Assembly: GCF_001194135.2 (NCBI RefSeq)
Contig: NC_069006.1
Coordinates: 24,883,550-24,947,549 of the forward strand
Direction: 5' to 3'
DNA: 64,000 nt
DNA from: Octopus bimaculoides
Taxonomy: Eukaryota
Both the position numbers and the translations under genes were made by a program. The notes under the pieces were generated by a model that ran no database searches, was not told the DNA's origin, and worked only from the letters and a program-made list of their open reading frames with translations. Position 1 is the first letter of the stretch. Each line of letters starts with the position of its first letter. Below, piece after piece: positions 11,615 to 21,526 of this stretch.

Positions 11615-13247
11615 TTAATAGTCAATCACCATCACATATCTTTCATTCCAAGATGTGTACACAATACCAGGCTGGATTTGATCTTGGACAACTTTTTTCA
11701 AATTAGGAAGTTTTATTTCTAAAATAAGAATAATGAGGATCAAATTTACTAGTTCTGAAATAAAGGGTCCTGGATATGACCCCTTACTTTAAAACTAAAA
11801 CATTCCTAATTTGAATCCAGTTCAATAGTTCAGAAGGTTACTTTGCAACGATGTGGCTTCAGGTTCGATTCCATCGTGTGGCATCTTTTACTATAGCCTC
11901 AGGCTGACCAAGACCTTGCAAGTGAAAGTGGGAGACGGAAACTGTGCGGAAGCCCGTCACGTGTATATATAGATATATATGTTTATATGTGCATGTGCGT
12001 GTTTGTTTACGTGTCTGTCTTTTTGTTGACACCGCTCGAAAAACGATGCCCTGTGTTCAGGTCTCGTAACTTAGCAGTTCAACAAAGAGATTTGATAAAA
12101 TACCAGACTTGAAAAAATTAAGTCCTGGTGTCAATATGATCAACTAAAATGCTTCAAGCTGTGCTCCAGCATGGCTGCAGTCTAATGACTTAAACAAGTA
12201 AAAGAGTGCTTTGTACACATCCAGGAGTAAGACACCTGGAGACAGAAACTGAACCAACGCAGGCAGGTGTCAGATACCTGATTGACAAAGACCAAACCAG
12301 CTCAGGCAGGTGTGATGTACACATCCAGGTGTAAGGTACTTGATGACACTTGATCCAACTGCTCAGGTGTAGAAGGTATGAATTAAAATTTTATCAATGT
12401 CTAAAGATGAAGCTGATAATCCAAAATCACATGACCTTATTAACGAGAAAATTAAGACAGTGACTGCAACAAAGGTAGTGATAACTTCTAGACCATATTT
12501 TTTCTATTGACAAAGCAAAAGTTACCTTTTTTNNNNNNNNNNNNNNNNNNNNNNNNNNNNNNNNNNNNNNNNNNNNNNNNNNNNNNNNNNNNNNNNNNNN
12601 NNNNNNNNNNNNNNNNNNNNNNNNNNNNNNNNNNNNNNNNNNNNNNNNNNNNNNNNNNNNNNNNNNNNNNNNNNNNNNNNNNNNNNNNNNNNNNNNNNNN
12701 NNNNNNNNNNNNNNNNNNNNNNNNNNNNNNNNNNNNNNNNNNNNNNNNNNNNNNNNNNNNNNNNNNNNNNNNNNNNNNNNNNNNNNNNNNNNNNNNNNNN
12801 NNNNNNNNNNNNNNNNNNNNNNNNNNNNNNNNNNNNNNNNNNNNNNNNNNNNNNNNNNNNNNNNNNNNNNNNNNNNNNNNNNNNNNNNNNNNNNNNNNNN
12901 NNNNNNNNNNNNNNNNNNNNNNNNNNNNNNNNNNNNNNNNNNNNNNNNNNNNNNNNNNNNNNNNNNNNNNNNNNNNNNNNNNNNNNNNNNNNNNNNNNNN
13001 NNNNNNNNNNNNNNNNNNNNNNNNNNNNNNNNNNNNNNNNNNNNNNNNNNNNNNNNNNNNNNNNNNNNNNNNNNAGTAGTAGCATTAGCAATGGTGATGA
13101 TGATGATGATGACTATGATGATGATGATGATAACAGTAGTGACTGCAACGGACATAAGAGAGGATGAGAACCAGAGAGCAAGAGAGATATTCAACACTGG
13201 ACAACGACAGCTCCTTACCTACCCACCCTGCTGCCTCCCCCACCAGA

Positions 13248-13283
<36 letters not shown>

Positions 13284-13509
13284 ATAGGTGTTGCATGAAG
13301 ATCTGCATACTTGCCACACATTTCACAGGAGTAAAATGAAAAACCAAAATGTTTTAGAATCGAAAAGAGAAACATTCCAATTTTGACAATTGAAACCCCA
13401 AAACTGGATGTCTTAGAGACGAGAAAGAGGCGGGGGGGAAGCAAAAGACATTCTCAAACAGACAAAAGAAGAATGAATATATAATGATTAGCCTATAATT
13501 GTATATGTT

Positions 13510-13566
13510 GGGGCTTGTGTGTGCATGTATATATACATACATGCATATATATATTTATATACATAT

Positions 13567-13605
<39 letters not shown>

Positions 13606-13669
13606 CATATACACATACATACATATCTATATATATACATATATACACATACACACATATATACATACA

Positions 13670-13709
<40 letters not shown>

Positions 13710-13925
13710 CATACATATGTATATACACACATATATACACACACACATATACATATACTTATATATATATACTTATATATACATACATATACATATATAT
13801 GTACATACATATGCATTCATATACATACACACACATTTGTATTTACTAACGTACACATTTATGTATATGCATATGTATCTTTCAACACACACACACACAC
13901 ATGTATTCACCAACACACACACAAG
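13510..13925. repeat. Compound (TA)n/(TACA)n/(CA)n microsatellite (further tracts 14270-14395, 14835-15125, 51412-51580, 55345-55470, 63225-63300)
   Basis: Directly visible dinucleotide/tetranucleotide arrays. They generate the spurious YI/HT/CV-rich ORFs in the track. Confidence 0.95.
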
Positions 13926-14286
13926 ATGGCCAAGAAATGGTTTTAAATCATGCACACCCTTCTGCATATTCACACATATGTACATAGACCATCATGCCCT
14001 CCCACTGATACACACACATCACGAACATTAAATCTACACAAAATTGGAAGAAAACAATATAACTGGACCAACTGCTATTACAATTATTTTTATGTCCCAA
14101 TCACAAAAGTTGTTCCCCAGCAATTTAAACGTCGACACAGCACACTTTGGAAAGTGTTGACAGTCAACGACTGTCACTTGTGTCAGATTACCTGACAAAG
14201 TTCTTCCGCAATCAACTTTAATGCCTCTATCCAACCATGGTGCATAGTTATTCTCTGTTTCAGATATATATCCACACACATATACG

Positions 14287-14334
<48 letters not shown>

Positions 14335-14971
14335 TATATACACATACATATATACATACATATGCATACACACAAACATATACGTATATATACTCTTAAA
14401 CAAGAATGTTGTTGAAAGTAACTATGCTATCGTTGGACTAAAGCGGCCAAAACTTCAAAGTCACTATCAACAATATCCTTGTTTAGGAATAAACTTGCAC
14501 TCTACAGAAGTATAGAGCATTCCTTCAAATTTATGTAAAATTGGTTTTTACGATAACTAAACATCAATATATTCACAAATATGTATGTATGTATTGTCTT
14601 TAACTGTGGAACTCATCAGGGTATATATATAAACAGCATGTAAGTATGGGGTCAAAAACCCTTTTGGATTCAAGAAAGTCAAAGGCTGTACATGGGACTT
14701 TACCTATCCAAAAAGGGGTTTTAAGCTGATATTTACAGGTTATTTGGTTACAGCTTTATCTGCTTTGAGTTCAACAGTTAAAAATGAATTATTTCAAGTT
14801 CTCTCAAAGTTTCTAAATTCATATGGCATAAACAATATATACACACACACACATGTGTGTGTATGTATATGCATGTATACATTTTCTCTCTCTTTATATA
14901 TATATATATATATTTATATATATGAGACAGAAGGTAACAGATAAGCACATACATGGGTATGTGTATATACA

Positions 14972-15018
<47 letters not shown>

Positions 15019-15050
15019 ATACACACACTTATGTATTATGACTCTTTCTC

Positions 15051-15113
<63 letters not shown>

Positions 15114-15328
15114 CATACATACATGAAGATGGATAGACATATGTGTGTATTCAGACGTACTCACCTAAATGTAGACACACCCGCCCACCTACCCCCATAC
15201 ACATAAAATGGTGCTGCATGCAAAGTTGGTTGGTTTGTTGGTTGGTTGGTTGGCTGGCTCTCATTCATCACAAGCAGGTGCCCCACCCACCCCTAGTTTC
15301 CGCACTTGTCCACCCTCACACTGTTTGT

Positions 15329-15487
15329 TCAGGCAACGTACACAGAGTCAACGCTCCTCGAGAGATGAACTGGATGTGAGGGACTGCGAATCAATGGTTT
15401 CCTTGGTATCCGAGCCAAGGCCCGTGGTATCTGGCTGAACTCAGGCCGGTCCTTAGGATCGAAACCCCAACAATCCATGAGGATATC
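15329..15487 (-). CDS. KSR: KSR terminal coding exon (stop TGA at 15331-15329)
   Basis: atttgcAG|GATATC. DILMDCWGFDPKDRPEFSQIPRALARIPRKPLIRSPSHPVHLSRSVDSVYVA*, matching fly RSPSHPVNLSRSAESVF. Confidence 0.97.
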   Translation of the reverse strand, partial: DILMDCWGFDPKDRPEFSQIPRALARIPRKPLIRSPSHPVHLSRSVDSVYVA

Positions 15488-15807
15488 CTGCAAATAGATT
15501 AATGGAAGGGCCTCAAATATTGATGAACAATCAACTGTGCGTGTGTGTGTGTGTGTGTCATTGCATATAAGTTGGTGTTTGTGTATACAAGTGCAAATAT
15601 AAAATAGGCTGAACATGGAAGCAAATAAATAAATAAAAAAAAAATTACAAAAAAACCCCCAAAACAATTGTAGAACTGTAACTTGATATTAATGCAAAGG
15701 CTAAGTAAGGATTGAACATGCAATCTATGGCTTTGAAGTCAGATGTTCTGAAACATTGAAACAAACTTTAGAGATATTTGTCTTTGAATGTATCATGTTT
15801 TAATGTG

Positions 15808-15850
<43 letters not shown>

Positions 15851-15957
15851 TCAGACAAACATACATATTGCAGACAAACACACACACACATCACATGACA
15901 AATGTCGGTTAATCCTGTTGTTGAAGCCAGTGAATGGTGACTGCAGTCTCAACTCAC

Positions 15958-16087
15958 CTTGACATCCCTGGAAGTAATGATATGACACAAAGACTGTTTA
16001 ATTCCTCGTCCCACCTGCCAAATAATGCTCTCTGGAGGCTGCTGTTTGAAAGGCCATTCCCCACAAAGCAGTTCGTACCAAACCGTT
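15958..16087 (-). CDS. KSR: KSR kinase exon, subdomains IX-X
   Basis: tcttgcAG|AACGGT...GTCAAG|GTGAGT. TVWYELLCGEWPFKQQPPESIIWQVGRGIKQSLCHIITSRDVK. Phase 2 to 0. Confidence 0.97.
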
Positions 16088-16530
16088 CTGCAAGAAACAA
16101 GAAATTCATGGATTAAAAACACAAGCAAAAACAAAAAAATTTTTCAAAGCAAAGAAATAACAGAAATTCAAGGTTTTTCCTTGTTTAATATTTCAGAAAG
16201 GAACTGAGCTGTTGTTTAACCCCAGGTCAAGTAGACCCATAACCAAACAAGCGTGGGTCAGGTATGGAGCCATGTAAAAGCACCCAGCATGGTTTCTATG
16301 GCTGGATGCATTAGGAAGGGCACATAGCTGTAGAAACCATGCCAAATCAGACTGGAGTCTGGTGTAGCTCCCAAGCTTGCAAGCTCTGGTCAAACCGTCC
16401 AACCCATGCCAGCACGGACAATGAATTGTTACACGATAGTGATGACGGTGATGACAATTTATATGTGCATGTGTGTGCACACACGGTTTCAATTTAAGGG
16501 CCACCATGTAAGAGTCAGCCAAATACTTAC

Positions 16531-16671
16531 CCAAATGCGTATGTGTCGGATTTCTTAGAGAAAGGCAGTTCCGTGTTAGCTGCCTGGGTGTTCCCTGCTT
16601 GTAATGACCTCATAATCTCTGGAGATAAGTAGCACAGCCAGCCGAGAGGAATTGCAAGGCAATCGCCTTTC
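16531..16671 (-). CDS. KSR: KSR kinase exon, subdomains VIII-IX
   Basis: gtttcAG|GAAAGG...ATTTGG|GTAAGT. KGDCLAIPLGWLCYLSPEIMRSLQAGNTQAANTELPFSKKSDTYAFG, with the KSR GWLCYL motif. Phase 2 to 2. Confidence 0.95.
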
Positions 16672-17448
16672 CTGAAACAACACAGGGAGAAAAATTACAC
16701 AACTGCAGATACACAATCTTCTGGCCATTATAATAATAAAAACAACAACAATAATAATCTTTACCACTCAAGGCACAAGGCCTGAAATTTTGGGGGAGGG
16801 GGCCAGTCATTAGATCGACTCCAGTACGCAACTGGTACTTAATTTATTGATCCTGAGAGGATTAAAGGCAAAGCTGACCTAGGTGGAATTTGAACTCAGA
16901 ACATAGTGGCAGACGAAATACCGCTAAGCATTTCTCCCGACATGAAAACAATTCTACCAGCTTGCCGCCTTCACCGTTCTCGTAATAATAATAACTTCTT
17001 GCTTTGATGTAATGCCAGAAATCTAGGGCCAGTGGGCCAATGGGTCAGTCGACTAGGTCTACCCCAGTGCTTGATAGCTGGTTTATTTTACTGACCAAGG
17101 AAGGTTGGAAGGCAAAGTTGCCACTCGTGGGATTTGAACATGGAATGTAAAGAACTGTAAATAAAACACAAGGAATTTTTTCTGATGTTTTCATGATTCC
17201 GCCACTGAGTTTTGGAGTTGGTGGAAATATTGTTAGAATGATCTTAGATGTACAGATCAGTAGGTGTTTAATGAGAGGGAGAGAGAGAGAGAGGATGGAG
17301 GAAGAGACAAATAGGAAAAGAGTGGGACAAAGACAGGAAGAGAGAGGACAAAAGATAGATAGAAAGGTGAGAGAGAAGAACAGAGAGGGAGATAGACAGA
17401 GGGAAGAGAGAAAGAGAGAGAGACAAGAGAGAGAAGCAGGGAACTTAC

Positions 17449-17585
17449 CTATTTCCATGACACCATTTAGTAAGATTGAATAAACCAAAATCGGTGATAA
17501 CAACTTTGCCTGTCTCTTCCCAAAATATATTTTTAGTCTTCAAATCTTTGTGTATTATTCCCCTTGCATGTAAGTACCCCATGCC
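17449..17585 (-). CDS. KSR: KSR kinase exon, subdomains VIb-VII
   Basis: gtttgcAG|GGCATG...AATAG|[52 protein letters not shown], with the KSR-type HKDLKxKN and DFG. Phase 0 to 2. Confidence 0.97.
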
Positions 17586-17855
17586 CTGCAAACAAAACAA
17601 GTGTGAAAATAAATAACTAAAAATAACAAACTTCATATCGTACACACATTCATGAAATCAATTCACATCATTGGGTTGAGATGGTGTAATTTAGATGGCA
17701 TTCTGTTGGTTCTTGTTGATCCGAGCGACTGAACAGTTTGAACATGCAACAGATAAGAATATTTAGGCTGGATCTGGCCAGTTTAAATGCTAAAGAGTTA
17801 AACACACACACACACACACACATACCAACAGGTAGAGAGACGGAATAACACTGAC

Positions 17856-17952
17856 CTGTGCTATTTGAGTAGCGATATATACAGTTTTGCTGAATTGGAA
17901 CTTTTGACGAAATTCGTAAATGCTTGAAAAGAGTGATTTCCCTTTACAGAAG
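17856..17952 (-). CDS. KSR: KSR kinase exon, subdomains V-VIa
   Basis: tatttcAG|CTTCTGT...GCACAG|GTCAGT. FCKGKSLFSSIYEFRQKFQFSKTVYIATQIAQ. Phase 2 to 0. Confidence 0.95.
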
Positions 17953-18365
17953 CTGAAATAAACAACAATAATAATAGCAATCAAAGGGATGTGAATTCGA
18001 GTCTCATGGCTGGTTGCTGACAAAATTTTCCCCGCTTTATATGGATATTTTATCCTTTCTCTGCTGTTCTATCAGCGTTTCTGAATAAATTATTTCCTTA
18101 TCTGTATCTTACAATACAGTGATAGTGTGCACACCAGCACACACTCACGTATAGTGTGTGACTGTATAGGATTTTGTGTGTGTGCGTGTATAATTTTAAG
18201 TGATGTATATCAATCAAGGATGAAAATACTGGTAAGAAATGGTGGGAGGGGAAAACTCCACAAAAAGTTATGAACAAAGTCCCTAGAAATTTTTGTTTTG
18301 CACTGAGTTATTGACACTCCCTGGTCACTCTCCCCAACCAAAATACAACGAACTAGTGACTGGCT

Positions 18366-18405
<40 letters not shown>

Positions 18406-18472
18406 AGGGAATAGAGAGGAGAAGATAGCAAAGAAGAATGGCCAGAGATAAATATATTAACAATTGAGGTAC

Positions 18473-18561
18473 CTGGTCACGATGGCTAAATCTGGGGGCT
18501 TCATACAAGCACCCATGAAGAGAACCAAATTTTCATGTCGTGTCTTCTTTAGCATTGCCAC
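18473..18561 (-). CDS. KSR: KSR kinase exon, subdomains III-V
   Basis: gtttcAG|GTGGCA...GACCAG|[36 protein letters not shown]. Phase 0 to 2. Confidence 0.95.
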
Positions 18562-18774
18562 CTGAAACACAAGAACACATTATGGAAACTATAAGGAAGC
18601 CATGTCATGTATGTGTGTGTGAGAGAGAGAGCATATGCATGTGTGTGTGAGAGAGAGAGAGTGTGTGTATATGTGTGTACAAGAGAGTGTATGTGTGTGT
18701 ACGAAGAGTGTGTGTGTGTGTGTATGTATGTAGTTTGTTTGCATAGAAGTGAGATGCAGTGAAGTGCTTCTTAC

Positions 18775-18865
18775 CTCCAATTTGAAAGCAGACAGTTGTG
18801 CTTGGAAGTCTGACGTTGGGTCTATGTTTAGTTTCTTTATAGCTACGTCCCCATGCCAATGGCCT
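18775..18865 (-). CDS. KSR: KSR kinase exon, subdomains II-III
   Basis: gattgcAG|AGGCCAT...TTGGAG|GTAAG. GHWHGDVAIKKLNIDPTSDFQAQLSAFKLE. Phase 2 to 0. Confidence 0.95.
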
Positions 18866-19226
18866 CTGCAATCAGAGAGAGAGGCTTTAGTTGGTGGCCT
18901 TACACAAACAGTCTATAGTCCTTAGCTAAACACAAACACTGCATGTAGTCACACGTGAATACTAACATCCATACTAAACACACAGCATCAGTTGATAGTT
19001 AGATACAGTGCATAGGCTCCAGCTACAGACATTGGTATTGTACATAAGTGTTTATACTGAAGTAACGTAATATAGAGTGTGTCTGTCTGTACCTGGAGCC
19101 TAAGCACTGTATCTGACTATCGACTGATGCTGTGTGTTTAGTATGCATGTTGTGGTGAGAGAGAGAGAGAGAGAGACTGAGCTGTGGTATATAAAAGCTG
19201 AAGCAGAAACCAAGGTTGATACTTAC

Positions 19227-19318
19227 TTATGTACAATACCAAACCGCCCTATGCCTATTCTGTCTCCAATAGTAATATCTTCAAAAGGAATATTCCACTC
19301 TTTCAGTTGAACAGACAG
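19227..19318 (-). CDS. KSR: KSR kinase exon, subdomain I (glycine-rich loop)
   Basis: gtttgtAG|CTGTCT...ACATAA|GTAAGT. LSVQLKEWNIPFEDITIGDRIGIGRFGIVH(K). Phase 0 to 2. Confidence 0.95.
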
Positions 19319-20147
19319 CTACAAACAACAAGAAAAACACTATGTTGAAAATACACAAAATAATAAAGAAAAAAACAAAAACACATGTCTATCGAAATTT
19401 ATGAGGTAAGTAATTAATATAATTATAACTTTTTAGAATAATTGACTTCATCGTCAGAGATGAAAATATATTTAATATTTACTTCATTCACACTAGGTTC
19501 ATCTGGTTTCCATTTATCTTCACGTGCTGTTGTATTCCAAGGTGTGTACATGGCCCCAAATTGGATTTGAACTAAGGACTTTCATCTATAAACTAAAGCC
19601 AACAATGGGCCTTCAAATCTCCCCTCTTCATTACGGCACTCTGTCAACTTTGTTAAGGTTATTTCTAGTCTTAGACTCTGTCAACTGTTTATATTGACTA
19701 TTTCCAAACACAGACCCTCACCAATTTCTTCAGGATCAACCTGTTTCCCATAATAAACTAACCACTTGTGACAAATTGTTTTTAATGGAAGCAATGAAAG
19801 GCCCCATACGGTTGTGTAGCAACAAGACCCTCAGGTAGAACAAGCACCCGGATATATCATAGCTTATCAAGTCTTGTCTGACAACGATGATGATCATTTA
19901 ACATCTGTTTTCCATGTTGGCATGGGTTGGACAGCTTGACAGGAGATGGCGAGGCCGGGGACCACATCAGGTCCCACTGTTTCAGTTACAGCTGGATGCC
20001 CTTACTCATGCCAACCACTTTACAGAGTATACTTGGTACTTTTTACGTGGGACCAGTGCCAGTTCCTTTTTACTTGGTACCAGCACCAACTCAAGGGATA
20101 ATCCTGGAAACCCTGCAAAGTTGCTATAAAACCTTAGATTTACTTAC

Positions 20148-20240
20148 ACTGTGTTGCCGGGTCCAGCTGTGTTCTGATGAATCCTCGGGGGCCAACTCAG
20201 AGGAATCAACTCTGTCCAGCAGAGTCTTATCCTCTATACT
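20148..20240 (-). CDS. KSR: KSR pre-kinase exon
   Basis: gtttgcAG|AGTATA...CACAGT|GTAAGT. SIEDKTLLDRVDSSELAPEDSSEHSWTRQHS, resembling fly RVDS...WRQNS. Phase 0 to 0. Confidence 0.9.
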
Positions 20241-20288
20241 CTGCAAACAAGAACATTACAATGTTAACAAACCAAATACCAGTCATAT

Positions 20289-20884
20289 CAGAGGTTCTCA
20301 ACCATTTTTTTTTTTGGCCCGTGGACCCTTTATGATTCTTATTTTACATAAGGACGGACGAAATGGTGTTATGCATATTTTGTCTGGCATGCTAATGATT
20401 CTGCCAGCTGACCACAATATATTATGATTAAATATTAAGATGTGTATAAAATAAAAATTATTAAAATGTCTTGTGTATGGTACAAGTATAACCAATTCAT
20501 CTATATATATATAAAACTGAGAATGCATGCACATGTGTGTGTGCATGCATCCCTAAAACTCAAGAACTATCCCAACCAATTTCATTCAAATTTTACATAT
20601 ACACTACATAAGGTCTATGGTGTATCATGGGCCAAAAAAATGTTCAACTTCTTGCCTAATGCAACCCTGGAGCAATCTCTTAGATTGCTTCAGTATTATG
20701 TGTTAAAAGTGAAACAATAACATCTCTATTGTAACGTGAGATAATAGTTTCAGTTTTAATAGTTTCACTATATATATAATATATACATAGTGAAACCATT
20801 ACTCTGCTAGTTACACATAATTTTTGACCACTAAATTTTATAAGGACTTCCAAGGGTCATGTGGACCTTGGTTGAGAACCATTG
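20289..20884. mobile_element. hAT-like non-autonomous element
   Basis: Terminal inverted repeats cagaggttctcaacc / ggttgagaaccattg, of the CAGTGGTTCTCAA type. Related ends at about 23620 and 43232. Confidence 0.6.
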
Positions 20885-20931
20885 AGTTACACAAATGAAT
20901 TATAAGACTGTTTAATACCAGTCATACTTAC

Positions 20932-20980
20932 AGGTACAAGGGTTCTATCGCTGTCATCAGATGTTGTGGTGTTGACATCA
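20932..20980 (-). CDS. KSR: KSR linker exon
   Basis: tatttcAG|TGATGT...GTACCT|GTAAGT. DVNTTTSDDSDRTLVP, resembling fly SNDSDKTV. Phase 2 to 0. Confidence 0.85.
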
Positions 20981-21465
20981 CTGAAATATATAAACAAGAC
21001 GAATGTAATAGCATATCATCTTTCATTTTCCAAACAACAAAATGCATTTCCCAATAAATTTTGAGCTTATTGTAGCTGGTGGCTCACAGGGAGAATGTGA
21101 AATTCAAATAGCTAGATGTGAAGTGCTGGGGAAATACCACCCACTTTGGGAACCGTTGGGTTAGAGCATTGGGCTTACAACCACGAGGTAGTGAGTTTGA
21201 TTTCTGGACTGGACTGTGTGTTGTGTTCTTGAGCAAGACACTTTATTTCACATTGCTCCAGTTCACTCAGCTGTAGAAATGAGTGCCAAGCTGTATCAGC
21301 CTTTGCTTTTTCCTTGGATAACATCGGTGGTGTGGAGCAGAGAGGCTGGTATCTTCCTAAAACTAGCTTAATGATAACAAAGTTATTTTACTAAATTCTA
21401 ACCTAACCCTAATCCACACGAAACTCAGAAAAATATTCTAAGATATAAGAAAACTTCCAACTTAC

Positions 21466-21526
21466 ATATCTTGTGAGTAATCAAGATTTTTGCTTAGATG
21501 AGGATCAATAACGCCGTCAACAACAT
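21466..21526 (-). CDS. KSR: KSR linker exon
   Basis: atcattttAG|ATGTTG...AGATAT|GTAAGT. DVVDGVIDPHLSKNLDYSQD. Phase 1 to 2. Confidence 0.8.

Noticed and set aside
11862-11872. Perfect B-box GGTTCGATTCC suggesting a tRNA gene
   Set aside because: It is the head of a SINE family A copy. There is no cloverleaf.
13488-14375. Many overlapping YI/HT/CV-rich ORFs (also 41645-41930, 51395-51691, 55235-55663)
   Set aside because: Translations of (TA)n/(CA)n microsatellites.
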